A stretch of 64,000 bases of DNA from IMG/VR virus record IMGVR_UViG_3300028832_000124; one strand, given 5' to 3'. The translations under genes were made by a program, and so were the position numbers. This stretch comes from an uncultured virus (IMG/VR IMGVR_UViG_3300028832_000124) (lineage: Duplodnaviria > Heunggongvirae > Uroviricota > Caudoviricetes). Under the pieces are notes generated by a model, which worked only from the letters and a program-made list of their open reading frames with translations, made no database searches and was not told the DNA's origin. Positions 8,318 to 17,371 of the stretch are shown here, piece by piece. Positions within the stretch are counted from its first letter, which is position 1. The number at the start of each line of letters is the position of its first letter.

Positions 8318-9124
8318 ATGACAGATAAACCAATTATAGGATGGTTCTCATGCGGAGCTACATCGGCTGTAGCCTGCAAAATAGGACTTTCTATGTACAA
8401 AAATGTGAGAATTGTTCATATTGAAACAGGCTCTGAGCATCCTGACAACATACGGTTTCTTAAAGACTGCGAAGAGTGGTATGGATGCAAAATTGAAACA
8501 ATCAGAAGCGACAAATATTCATGTGTCGAAGATGTGTTGTTGAGAAAAAAATTCATTAACGGCCCAATGGGTGCATCATGTACAAAAGAATTAAAGAAAC
8601 GAGTTCGTTACTCTTTCGAGGACGGACTTGGTGAGTGGGGGGGGCAAATTTGGGGTTTCGATTTCTGCAAAGACGAAATCAACAGGGCTATCAGATTCAA
8701 ACAACAAAACCCAAAAACAAAACCATTGTTTCCTCTTATCGAGAAGATGCTTACAAAACAAGATTGCCTTGGAATATTATATAAGGCAGGCATTGACATT
8801 CCAGTGATGTATAAGATGGGTTATAATAACAATAATTGTATTGGATGTGTTAAAGGCGGTATAGGTTATTGGAATAAAATCAGAAATGATTTCCCTGAAA
8901 AGTTTAAACGAATGGCTGAAATAGAAAGGTCTATAGGTGCCACCTGTTTAAAAGACCAAGAAGGAAACAGAATATTCCTTGACGAACTTGATCCAAACAG
9001 GGGAAATAAAGTAAATCCAATTATACCTGATTGTTCTTTGAGCTGTGCGATTGAATTTGCAGAGATTGAAGATAATAACACAAAGAAAATTTTAAAAGGA
9101 GAATTATCTATAAACAATATATAA
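8318..9124 (+). CDS. PAPS-reductase-like adenine-nucleotide alpha-hydrolase
   Basis: WFSCGATSAVA PP-loop-like motif, CTKELKK, NNNCIGCVKG Cys cluster. Confidence 0.75.
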   Translation: MTDKPIIGWFSCGATSAVACKIGLSMYKNVRIVHIETGSEHPDNIRFLKDCEEWYGCKIETIRSDKYSCVEDVLLRKKFINGPMGASCTKELKKRVRYSFEDGLGEWGGQIWGFDFCKDEINRAIRFKQQNPKTKPLFPLIEKMLTKQDCLGILYKAGIDIPVMYKMGYNNNNCIGCVKGGIGYWNKIRNDFPEKFKRMAEIERSIGATCLKDQEGNRIFLDELDPNRGNKVNPIIPDCSLSCAIEFAEIEDNNTKKILKGELSINNI

Positions 9125-9135
9125 TATTAGGTAAT

Positions 9136-9696
9136 ATGGTAAGTAATGAGGCTTGGAGAGATGTAGCAAACTACGAAGGATTTTATCAGGTTTCTGATGA
9201 AGGTAGAGTGCGTTCGTTAGCGCATTATCAAGGTAAATGGGATTCTGTTTACGAAAGAAGGTTCCCCAAAATCTTAAAACAAACAAAAGATAAAGATGGT
9301 TATCTATCAGTAATTTTGTGTAAAAAGGGAAAGATACAAAAGTTTCGCGTCCACAGACTTGTTGCTATGGCATTTATTAAAAACCCAAGTAATCTACCTT
9401 TAATAAACCACAAAGACCAAGACAAGCAAAATAATAATGCCAATAATCTTGAGTGGTGCACAGCCAAATATAACGTAAACTATGGTGATAGCTTACAAAG
9501 AAGTGGTGAAAAGCGTAGAAATATACCATCATTATCAAAACCAATTATAATGATATACGATGATGGTAAATCAAGAACTTTTCCTTCTATGAACGAGGCT
9601 GTAAGAACTCTGAATATATCTTGGAAAAGAATACGGAAAAGTATAAAAGAAAATTCAAATATAATTAACAATAATTTTAAGTTTAAGTATTTGTAA
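9136..9696 (+). CDS. NUMOD4-HNH homing endonuclease
   Basis: WRDV.NYEGFYQVSDEGRVRS (NUMOD4); VHRLVA.AF...INHKD..K.NN...NLEWCT (HNH). Confidence 0.92.
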   Translation: MVSNEAWRDVANYEGFYQVSDEGRVRSLAHYQGKWDSVYERRFPKILKQTKDKDGYLSVILCKKGKIQKFRVHRLVAMAFIKNPSNLPLINHKDQDKQNNNANNLEWCTAKYNVNYGDSLQRSGEKRRNIPSLSKPIIMIYDDGKSRTFPSMNEAVRTLNISWKRIRKSIKENSNIINNNFKFKYL

Positions 9697-9697
9697 C

Positions 9698-10117
9698 ATG
9701 GAAGCAACAGGTAAAATTATTTTTGTACTTGAAGCGAAGTCAGGTGTATCTCAGCGTACAGGAAATCCATGGATGACTCAATCTTATGTGCTTGAGGTTC
9801 CAGGGCAGTTTCCAAAGAAAATTCCGTTCACCATCTTTGGTGAGGACCGTATTAAACAATTCGCTATTCAGCCGGGCGAAGATGTAACTATTCAATTTGA
9901 TATTGATGCACACGAATACAACGGCAAGTATTATGCAGAGATACGTGCATACAATGTCATACGTGGCCAACAACAAGCCGCTGCACCTGCTCCAGCACCA
10001 CAACAACAGCAGCCTGATATGTTTGCTGGTCAAGGTCAACAGCAGGCTCCTGCAGCAAATCCATTCCCACCTACTGACGGACAGCAGGAAGGTGATCCGG
10101 ACGACTTACCTTTTTAG
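9698..10117 (+). CDS. DUF3127-like SSB-type protein
   Basis: OB-fold-like N-terminus, Q/P-rich linker, C-terminal DDLPF tail. Confidence 0.85.
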   Translation: MEATGKIIFVLEAKSGVSQRTGNPWMTQSYVLEVPGQFPKKIPFTIFGEDRIKQFAIQPGEDVTIQFDIDAHEYNGKYYAEIRAYNVIRGQQQAAAPAPAPQQQQPDMFAGQGQQQAPAANPFPPTDGQQEGDPDDLPF

Positions 10118-10120
10118 CGT

Positions 10121-10558
10121 ATGAAGCTACTACTTCTTAATACGCGAGAAGGTCTCAAGCCACTTACTGATGATGACTACGACGAGAAGAAAAAGTTAAA
10201 GATTGGCGAGATTTACGAGGTGACTATCAAGAAGCCTCGTAATCTCGCATTCTTCCGAAAGTATTGGGCATTACTAAAGTGCGCTTGGGAATACCTTGAC
10301 GAACGGCAACAGGAGTTCTTCAAGAACAATATTGAAGTATTCCGAAAGTCCTTAGAGATAACTGCCGGATGGTGCGAGCCTCTGTATAATATTCACTCAA
10401 ATGAATGGTTCCACGCTCCAAAGTCCATCAGTTTCGAGAAGATGAATGAGTCAGAGTTCAATATATTATATAATAATGTACGCGATATACTCTTCAAGGC
10501 TATCATCCCAAATATCTCGAAGGAGGAATTTGAACGCAACTTGGTAAACTTTTTATAG
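10121..10558 (+). CDS. DUF1367/NinB-like protein
   Basis: KPRNLAFFRKYWALL and PKSISFEKM.E.EF..LY motifs. Confidence 0.75.
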   Translation: MKLLLLNTREGLKPLTDDDYDEKKKLKIGEIYEVTIKKPRNLAFFRKYWALLKCAWEYLDERQQEFFKNNIEVFRKSLEITAGWCEPLYNIHSNEWFHAPKSISFEKMNESEFNILYNNVRDILFKAIIPNISKEEFERNLVNFL

Positions 10559-10566
10559 TATTGTGT

Positions 10567-11436
10567 ATGTGCGAAGGATTCAAACAAATCTCCAACGACT
10601 TCTTTAAAAGCGACTATTGGCGTCAATCCCGTACTTATAATGATTGCGAAGCTGTCCTGGATATTATGTCGCAGGTCAGATTTGAGGCATCTGAGCATAC
10701 TGCTCGTATCGGAGGTCGCGAAGTAACGTGGGGTCAGGCACAGTGGCCTGCATCTGTTCGATTTCTTGCTGCACGGTGGCACTGGACGGAATGGAGAGTA
10801 AGAAAATTCCTTTCAGGTTTGAGAAGAAAAGGTGTTATTGATACAGCCGATGACCAAGGCGTAAATATGATTACGTTAAAGAAGTATCTAATCTTCAAGT
10901 CAGAGGAATCTCACACACCAACTCACACACTTAACGATGTGGAAATCAGCGAGTTAGCTAAAAAGCTCACACAGCAAATCACACAGCAAGAAGCAGGCTC
11001 ACACACCGCTCACACAAAACATAATAATGGAAAGAATAAAAGAGATTCTTCACTACGTTCAGAATCTACTCTGTTCGATATTGAAGAAGAATTTCCGTTC
11101 TCAGATTTTTGGGAACTTTATGATAAAAAGGTTGGAAAATCTGATTGTCAGAAAGTGTATGCCAAAATCTCCCTTAAAGACAGAAAAGCTATATTTGATT
11201 ATCTGCCCAAGTATTTAGAGGCAACAACTGTAAAGCAGTATCGAAAGAACCCGCTTACATTCCTACATCAGCGTGCTTGGGAAGATGAAATAATAATCAG
11301 AAATCAGAATGAAACAACCTCAGCTGCTACAGGAAGTCGGGCAGCAGGTGCTCCAACAAACGAGCAACTTGTCAACGACACCTACGACCTCATTAATGAA
11401 GCCAGAGCAAGGGAAAACATTGACGATTCTTTCTAA
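10567..11436 (+). CDS. Phage replication initiator (lambda O-like)
   Basis: N-terminal HTH (SVRFLAARWHW), C-terminal F..FWELY.KKVGK...YRKNPLTFL...WEDE; internal iterons. Confidence 0.8.
   Translation: MCEGFKQISNDFFKSDYWRQSRTYNDCEAVLDIMSQVRFEASEHTARIGGREVTWGQAQWPASVRFLAARWHWTEWRVRKFLSGLRRKGVIDTADDQGVNMITLKKYLIFKSEESHTPTHTLNDVEISELAKKLTQQITQQEAGSHTAHTKHNNGKNKRDSSLRSESTLFDIEEEFPFSDFWELYDKKVGKSDCQKVYAKISLKDRKAIFDYLPKYLEATTVKQYRKNPLTFLHQRAWEDEIIIRNQNETTSAATGSRAAGAPTNEQLVNDTYDLINEARARENIDDSF
10910..11045. repeat. Putative replication origin iterons
   Basis: Six TCACACA copies (10911, 10923, 10967, 10979, 10999, 11010) followed by an A-rich tract. Confidence 0.65.
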
Positions 11437-11944
11437 GTTTGGTGACAGAGACCAGTTCTTGGCAAGAGTCAACCCTAAAACTCAGGCTTCATTTGCTCTG
11501 AAAAAGGAGAAAGCCATCATGGGTGACTATCCTACGCTGACGGATATTTGTCTGGCGTATGGCAAAACATTCTCCTTTCAGTGGCTATGCCCTCAGATTG
11601 TGGACTTGTCAAAGTTCACAGGTGCCAAGAATCTCGACAAAGAACAGGTGGAAGGCCTTGCAACTATCATAGCTGCAGAATATCACTACCTGAAAGTTAC
11701 TGAGCTTCTTCTCTTCTTCTACTATTTCAAGACAGGCCGTTATGGTCGTTTCTATGGCTCCGTTGATCCAATGGTGATAACCTGTGCTCTCCGAGATTTT
11801 ATCAAAGAGCGTAACATCTTTATTGACCAGTATGAGCGAGAGCAGAATAACCTACAGCGAGAATTAAACAAACAAGGTGCTATAACTCGCGAGCAATGGC
11901 TTGAGCAAAAGAAACAACTTAGTATTGAGCAAAAAGATGTGTAA
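11309..11944 (+). CDS. Replication-associated protein (putative helicase loader)
   Basis: Follows the initiator; LKVTELLLFF..FKTGRYGRFYGSVDP motif; start may be 11396. Confidence 0.6.
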   Translation: MKQPQLLQEVGQQVLQQTSNLSTTPTTSLMKPEQGKTLTILSKFGDRDQFLARVNPKTQASFALKKEKAIMGDYPTLTDICLAYGKTFSFQWLCPQIVDLSKFTGAKNLDKEQVEGLATIIAAEYHYLKVTELLLFFYYFKTGRYGRFYGSVDPMVITCALRDFIKERNIFIDQYEREQNNLQRELNKQGAITREQWLEQKKQLSIEQKDV

Positions 11945-12170
11945 CTGTATTGAAGAATATAACGCAAGGCTGAAAGCTAAAATGAGCATGCCTTATCTTC
12001 AAGTTGATACTAATATTGCACCGGATGGTACGGAACGTATCTGTGTCAACGGAGTGTATAAGAAAGTATTGAAGGGTGGTCAATTATCAAAGACGTGGTA
12101 TCGCTTTCAGATACCTGCCAAGTTCTGCCCGTTCTGTGGTAAACCGTATGGCAATGAGCAAGGCAAGTAA
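11937..12170 (+). CDS. Small Cys-containing protein
   Basis: MCNC...FCPFCGK. Confidence 0.65.
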   Translation: MCNCIEEYNARLKAKMSMPYLQVDTNIAPDGTERICVNGVYKKVLKGGQLSKTWYRFQIPAKFCPFCGKPYGNEQGK

Positions 12171-12426
12171 TCACGGTACACCGTACATTCTTGACTGCAC
12201 ACCTCCGACACGTCAGCAGATTTGTGCCTGCTGTCATTGGGCCAGAGGATGCAAAGAGTGTTGTAATAAATGTAAAGATGAATGCGCTACTAAATACGAC
12301 TGTCAGATTCCGTTGGAGCATGATAGTGTATGGTGGAACAATATTCTTCGAGCTGTCGGTATTGATGGAATGTTACAACACCAGCCAGACGATATTAAGG
12401 AATATCTAATCAAGAACTATAAATGA
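12154..12426 (+). CDS. Small Cys-rich protein
   Basis: Multiple CxxC motifs; ATGA-type overlap with the methyltransferase. Confidence 0.55.
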   Translation: MSKASNHGTPYILDCTPPTRQQICACCHWARGCKECCNKCKDECATKYDCQIPLEHDSVWWNNILRAVGIDGMLQHQPDDIKEYLIKNYK

Positions 12427-14051
12427 ATAATATCAAGCTACTCTACATTGACCTCTTCTGTGGTGCTGGTGGCACTTCTACAGGAGTTGAGTACGCACAG
12501 CTCAATGGAGAAAAATGTGCGAAGGTGATTGCTTGTGTCAATCACGACCCGAACGCTATTCTATCCCATCAGGCCAACCATCCTGACACGCTACATTTTA
12601 CTGAGGATATTCGGACTCTGAATCTCACACCGCTTGTTGACCATCTACAGAAGATGAAAGTGCAATATCCTGACGCTTTGGTGGTCCTGTGGGCTTCACT
12701 CGAATGTACCAATTTCAGCCGTGCCAAAGGTGGACAGCCTCGTGACGCTGATTCCAGGACGCTTGCAGAACATCTTTTCAGATATATCGAAGCCATCCGT
12801 CCTAACTGGATTCAGATTGAGAATGTCGAGGAATTTATGATGTGGGGTGAACTTGACGAAAACGGTAAGCCTGTATCAAAAGACCAAGGCTCTGATTATC
12901 TCCGCTGGGTGCGCAAGGTACAGAGTTACGGCTACAATTTCGACTGGCGCATTCTGAATGCAGCCGATTTTGGAGCATACACCTCGCGCAAGCGTTTCTT
13001 TGGTCAGTTTGCTCAGAAGGGATTGCCTATCGCGTTTCCTATTCCCACCTACGCCAAGAATGGTGATGAAGGTGGATTGTTCTCAGTATATCACAAATGG
13101 AAGCCTGTACGCGAAGTTCTTGATTTCTCAGATGAAGGTGAATCTATCTTTGGACGAAAGAAGCCACTCTGCGAGAAAACACTTGAGCGAATCTATGCCG
13201 GACTGATAAAGTTTGTGGCTGGAATGTCTCAGAAAGATTTTTCCGCTTTCATCGTGAAGTACAATTCTATGAATAGAGGTGGCCACTATACAGCTCCATC
13301 TATCGACGAGCCATGTCCTACGGTTGCCTGTCAGAATCGGTTAGGTATTGCACAGGTTTCTTTCCTGTCGAAATACTATGGCGGTAAGGACCATAACGAA
13401 TCTATTGATTTACCTGCTGGCACTGTTACGACGAAAGATCATCATGCGCTTGTTGGTGCCGAGTTTATGTCTCAGTATTACGGTAATGGTTTCAATACAT
13501 CAGTGGATGACCCTGCACCAACGGTAACGACGAAGGATAGAATCTCGCTCGTTCGTTGTTTTATTGATAACCAGTACGGCAATGGTACACCGTCATCAGT
13601 GACACAGCCTTGCCCTACAATTCCTACCAATCCAAAGCAGAGTATTGTCAAGTGTAAGCAATTCCTAACGAATCCGTATTCTTTCAAAAGTAATGGTGGC
13701 AGCGTAGATAAGCCGTGCTTCACTCTGATAGCTCGTATGGATAAGATGCCTCCGTATCTCGTATGTACTGAGCAGGGAGAAGTTGGTATTGCTATCTATG
13801 AGGATGATTCTCCGATGACTCGCAAAGTCAAGGAATTTATGGCCATCTATCGTATCATCGACATTAAGATGCGTATGCTTAAGGTGTCAGAACTCAAAAA
13901 GATTATGGGATTCCCTGAGAATTATATTCTTGTTGGCACTCAGTCAGAGCAGAAGAAATTTATCGGCAATGCTGTTGAAGTTAACATGAGTCGTGTTCTT
14001 TGTGAAGCACTCTGTCAGAAACTTTCCAATATTATTAACATAGCAGTTTAA
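12423..14051 (+). CDS. DNA (cytosine-5) methyltransferase
   Basis: DLFCGAGG (I), SLECTNFS (IV), IENVEEF (VI), R.R.F (VIII), GNAV (X). Confidence 0.92.
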   Translation: MNNIKLLYIDLFCGAGGTSTGVEYAQLNGEKCAKVIACVNHDPNAILSHQANHPDTLHFTEDIRTLNLTPLVDHLQKMKVQYPDALVVLWASLECTNFSRAKGGQPRDADSRTLAEHLFRYIEAIRPNWIQIENVEEFMMWGELDENGKPVSKDQGSDYLRWVRKVQSYGYNFDWRILNAADFGAYTSRKRFFGQFAQKGLPIAFPIPTYAKNGDEGGLFSVYHKWKPVREVLDFSDEGESIFGRKKPLCEKTLERIYAGLIKFVAGMSQKDFSAFIVKYNSMNRGGHYTAPSIDEPCPTVACQNRLGIAQVSFLSKYYGGKDHNESIDLPAGTVTTKDHHALVGAEFMSQYYGNGFNTSVDDPAPTVTTKDRISLVRCFIDNQYGNGTPSSVTQPCPTIPTNPKQSIVKCKQFLTNPYSFKSNGGSVDKPCFTLIARMDKMPPYLVCTEQGEVGIAIYEDDSPMTRKVKEFMAIYRIIDIKMRMLKVSELKKIMGFPENYILVGTQSEQKKFIGNAVEVNMSRVLCEALCQKLSNIINIAV

Positions 14052-14067
14052 TTAAATCTTTACTAAC

Positions 14068-14865
14068 ATGAATCAGAATCAAGATTTAAAAATGCAACTG
14101 TTGAAGCAGTTTGGCATTTGTGACCAACCAAAGACTATAGACTTCTGTCGTGAAGCCTATAAGTTCTTAATCGAAGGTGACACTATGAAACTTGTTGGTT
14201 ACGACGAGAATGGTGCACCTATCATCGAAAAGACATCGTTCTCTCCTTACGATACAACTCCAAAGGAGATAACAGCTGTTGACCTTGGACTCCCGTCCGG
14301 TACTCTGTGGGCTGACCGTAACCTTGGTGCCAAATCTCCATCAGACTACGGTGCTTTCGTATCATGGGGTAATACTGACTTGCATTTCCCAGACAAAGGA
14401 GATGTTGATTGGGGTGATAACGATAACGCTTTCAAAGATTACGAGTTTAACTCAGAAGAATACGAAGACACTCCAGGAGCAAAGCTTAAAGGTGATATTG
14501 ACCTCGAACATGACGCAGCGCACGTTAACCTTGGTGGTGACTGGCGTATGCCTACCAAAGAGCAATTCCAGGAACTCTATGATAACTGCAGATGGATTCG
14601 TTCTACCGTTAATGGTGTTAACGGCTATCTCGTAGTTTCTAAGATAAATAAAGCATCCATCTTCTTTGCTTGCTCAGGCTACGGCGTTGGTACGAGTTGG
14701 AGCAATCGCGGTTCGGACGGCCTCTACTGGTCTTCCTCGTTCCTCTCGGCTCGGTCTGCCTACGGCTTGTACTTCGGCTCTGGTGGTGTCAATCCGCAGT
14801 ACTACAACTCTCGGTGCCGCGGGTTCCCCGTGCGCCCGGTTCAGAATATCGTTTCCCAAGAATAA
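14068..14865 (+). CDS. Remote DGR target protein (C-terminal variable domain) in the early operon
   Basis: VDLGLPSGTLWA..NLGA, WRMPT..F.EL domain; 3' end matches the TR. Confidence 0.92.
   Translation: MNQNQDLKMQLLKQFGICDQPKTIDFCREAYKFLIEGDTMKLVGYDENGAPIIEKTSFSPYDTTPKEITAVDLGLPSGTLWADRNLGAKSPSDYGAFVSWGNTDLHFPDKGDVDWGDNDNAFKDYEFNSEEYEDTPGAKLKGDIDLEHDAAHVNLGGDWRMPTKEQFQELYDNCRWIRSTVNGVNGYLVVSKINKASIFFACSGYGVGTSWSNRGSDGLYWSSSFLSARSAYGLYFGSGGVNPQYYNSRCRGFPVRPVQNIVSQE
14660..14844 (+). repeat. DGR variable repeat VR2
   Basis: 185 bp ungapped match to TR 23388-23572 (minus strand); 24 mismatches, all at TR adenines. Confidence 0.97.
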
Positions 14866-14874
14866 CCAAACACT

Positions 14875-14922
14875 CGACTCTGCCAACAAGCCGTTCCACA
14901 AGAACGGCCCAAGGCAGAGTCG
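14875..14922 (+). promoter_or_regulatory. Post-VR2 hairpin (DGR target-recognition candidate)
   Basis: CGACTCTGCC-AACAA-GCCGTTC-CACAA-GAACGGC-CCAA-GGCAGAGTCG. Confidence 0.8.
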
Positions 14923-14938
14923 CATATTGTAACTAAGT

Positions 14939-15166
14939 ATGAAATTCAAAGTTGGTGACAAAATCAGAATTGCGAAGAACTTCATGCGGATGGGCCGAAA
15001 TCATCTTGGCTCAGTCGGCATTGTTCTGGAGCATAGATGTTATGGTGGCAGGTATGTTGGCAACGAACCTACGCATTATGTCGTTAAGTTTGATTGCTAT
15101 AAGGTGCCTCACATCTTTATGCGGTTTGATTTGGAAGATAGCTGTGAATTAATTAAATCTGAATAA
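14939..15166 (+). CDS. Hypothetical protein
   Basis: MKFKVGDKIRI N-terminus typical of small phage proteins. Confidence 0.65.
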   Translation: MKFKVGDKIRIAKNFMRMGRNHLGSVGIVLEHRCYGGRYVGNEPTHYVVKFDCYKVPHIFMRFDLEDSCELIKSE

Positions 15167-15177
15167 AGAAATTTAGT

Positions 15178-15648
15178 ATGTGCAAAAAGAAATTAGTAGT
15201 AGCCGTTGATTTTAACGGCACCTGCGTCACGTATTGTTATCCAGAAGGGACGGGCGAGGACATCGGTGCTGTGCCCGTATTGAAACGTCTGCTGGCTGAA
15301 GGTCATTCGTTGGTGCTTATGACTGGTATCGAGCGAGATGGTGAGTTTGAACTGCCTATCGTTAAGGAACGATGGGATGATATGCTGAAATGGGTGGAGG
15401 ATAACGGCTTGACCTTTGTCGGCATCAACCGTAACCCATTGGAAAAGTACCGCAGCAAGAAACTGACGGCTGACATCTATATCGACGATCATTGCCTGGG
15501 AATCCCAACCAAGTTTGACCCCGAACGGAGTAATCGCCCGTTTGTAGATTGGGACGGTGTGGAGCAACTGCTGGAGATGATGAACGTACTACCATCGACA
15601 CCTCGGACGCATATCACAGTGAAACAACCGTCATTCATTTTCAAATAA
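15178..15648 (+). CDS. HAD-superfamily-like protein
   Basis: VAVDFNGT, K..ADIYIDD motifs. Confidence 0.75.
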   Translation: MCKKKLVVAVDFNGTCVTYCYPEGTGEDIGAVPVLKRLLAEGHSLVLMTGIERDGEFELPIVKERWDDMLKWVEDNGLTFVGINRNPLEKYRSKKLTADIYIDDHCLGIPTKFDPERSNRPFVDWDGVEQLLEMMNVLPSTPRTHITVKQPSFIFK

Positions 15649-15656
15649 GTAGTAAT

Positions 15657-15860
15657 ATGGCAAAGAAAATTGACATAGATAGGGCTATAGACGCTTTTAG
15701 GAGAACTTGCCCTGACTCTACAGAGCTAATACATTTGGATAGGACTTCTGAGCCTTATGAGTGTTTTGGACCAAAATGTAAAGAACACTCGTACAGATGC
15801 AATTATATATGTAAGCGATTACGTAGATTTATTAACATACTAAAAGAACCAGAACAATAA
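15657..15860 (+). CDS. Hypothetical protein
   Basis: ORF from MAKKIDID, in operon. Confidence 0.55.
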   Translation: MAKKIDIDRAIDAFRRTCPDSTELIHLDRTSEPYECFGPKCKEHSYRCNYICKRLRRFINILKEPEQ

Positions 15861-15863
15861 ATC

Positions 15864-16151
15864 ATGGCAAAGACAATTAAGATTACGTTTTATAACCCGA
15901 AGGAACTCTGGATAAAGTTCTGTAATTGGGTGTTTTGGCCACGGCATAAAAAGTGTGTCGATTGGTGCGATTATTACGATGGCGTACTGGATTCTATGAT
16001 TGTTAAAATATTGCAAGATGAGAACGCTAAAGGTACGATTAGTGACGAAACAGCAGAACGGCTTGAAATTGCATTAAAACATGCTAACTATCAAGTTTCC
16101 AAACAAACTGCAGAACTCATGTCAGAACAATATAAATACGAAGACTCATGA
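15864..16151 (+). CDS. Hypothetical protein
   Basis: 95 aa ORF overlapping the next start. Confidence 0.6.
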   Translation: MAKTIKITFYNPKELWIKFCNWVFWPRHKKCVDWCDYYDGVLDSMIVKILQDENAKGTISDETAERLEIALKHANYQVSKQTAELMSEQYKYEDS

Positions 16152-16630
16152 AGAAAATCAAGACTTACAACATCATGCTCTCGAAAGTGTTCCCTGTAAC
16201 ACATGAGAGAAAAGGTGAGCCAACTTTCTTTAGTCAGAAGGTACAGGCTGCAAAATTCCCCACCGTTTATCCTAACGAGACGCCAAAGCTGCACACCATC
16301 AGAGCAAACTATCCTCTTTGGGAGAAACGTATAGCTGAGGTACAATCCGGAAACGCTGAAATTTGTCTACGTCAATGGACTGGTAAACCATATCGCTCAA
16401 AGACGGTAGAAATTATGCGACTGACCGCTGATGATGGTGTCGGCATCCAGTGCCTCACGTTTTATGACAATCGCATCATCTATCCTACCGTCGACAACAA
16501 CTATCAACCGAGCATCAAAGAAATATCGGCCAACGATGGGTTGTCTAAAGATAGCTGGATAGAATGGTTTCGCGGTTACGACCTATCGCAACCAATGGCG
16601 ATAATTCATTTTACTAATTTCAGATATTAA
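16148..16630 (+). CDS. Hypothetical protein, possibly ASCH/PUA-like
   Basis: KLHTIR and ANDGLS...WF motifs. Confidence 0.6.
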   Translation: MKKIKTYNIMLSKVFPVTHERKGEPTFFSQKVQAAKFPTVYPNETPKLHTIRANYPLWEKRIAEVQSGNAEICLRQWTGKPYRSKTVEIMRLTADDGVGIQCLTFYDNRIIYPTVDNNYQPSIKEISANDGLSKDSWIEWFRGYDLSQPMAIIHFTNFRY

Positions 16631-16631
16631 C

Positions 16632-17369
16632 ATGGCAACAAAAATTGAGTGGACTCAAAAGGTGTGGAATCCGGTAACGGGCTGCACCAAGGTAAGCGAG
16701 GCTTGCCAAAACTGTTACGCGGAAGTGATGGCACGACGGCTACAGAAAATGCCTGGCAGTGCTGACAAGTATCGTAATGGCTTCCAGCCGACAATTCATG
16801 TCAGCAGTCTGGGTGAGCCGTTGGAGTGGAAGAAACCTACTATGGTTTTCGTGTGTTCTATGGGCGACCTGTTCCATAAAGACGTATCGTTTGACTTCAT
16901 CGACATGGTGATGAATGTCATCCGTGAATGTCCGCAACACACATTCCAGATTCTTACCAAGCGTCCTGAGCGCATGGCAGAGTATTTCAACGAACTGCGT
17001 GGCGTTCCTCAGAACGTCTGGCTTGGTACGACTTGTGAAAGCGACAAACATTTTGACCGCATCGACCACCTGCGTAAAATCAAAGGTGCAAAGGTGCGTT
17101 TCCTGAGTTGTGAGCCGCTTTTAGGTGACTTGTGGGGTATTAACCTGCGTGGTATTGATTGGGTCATAACAGGTGGAGAAAGTGGATCGTGCGCCCGTCG
17201 TACACCTGTAGAGTGGTTCCGTACCCTTCGTGACGTGTGCCAGCGTAACTTTGTGCCTTTCTTCTTTAAGCAGTGGGGAGCATGGAGTGAGGACGGCATT
17301 AAACAGAGTAAGTATAAGAATGGCTCTCTGCTCGATGGCAGGGAGTGGAAAGAATATCCAAACGTATAA
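16632..17369 (+). CDS. DUF5131 (Gp37/Gp68) radical-SAM-like protein
   Basis: TKIEWT..WNPVTGCTKVSEACQNCYA, SMGDLFH, FQILTKRP, WVITGGESG, FFFKQWG. Confidence 0.92.
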   Translation: MATKIEWTQKVWNPVTGCTKVSEACQNCYAEVMARRLQKMPGSADKYRNGFQPTIHVSSLGEPLEWKKPTMVFVCSMGDLFHKDVSFDFIDMVMNVIRECPQHTFQILTKRPERMAEYFNELRGVPQNVWLGTTCESDKHFDRIDHLRKIKGAKVRFLSCEPLLGDLWGINLRGIDWVITGGESGSCARRTPVEWFRTLRDVCQRNFVPFFFKQWGAWSEDGIKQSKYKNGSLLDGREWKEYPNV

Positions 17370-17371
17370 TC

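Noticed and set aside
14666..14936. Alternative-frame ORFs over VR2, VR1 and TR that resemble one another
   Set aside because: Similarity simply reflects the TR/VR nucleotide repeat
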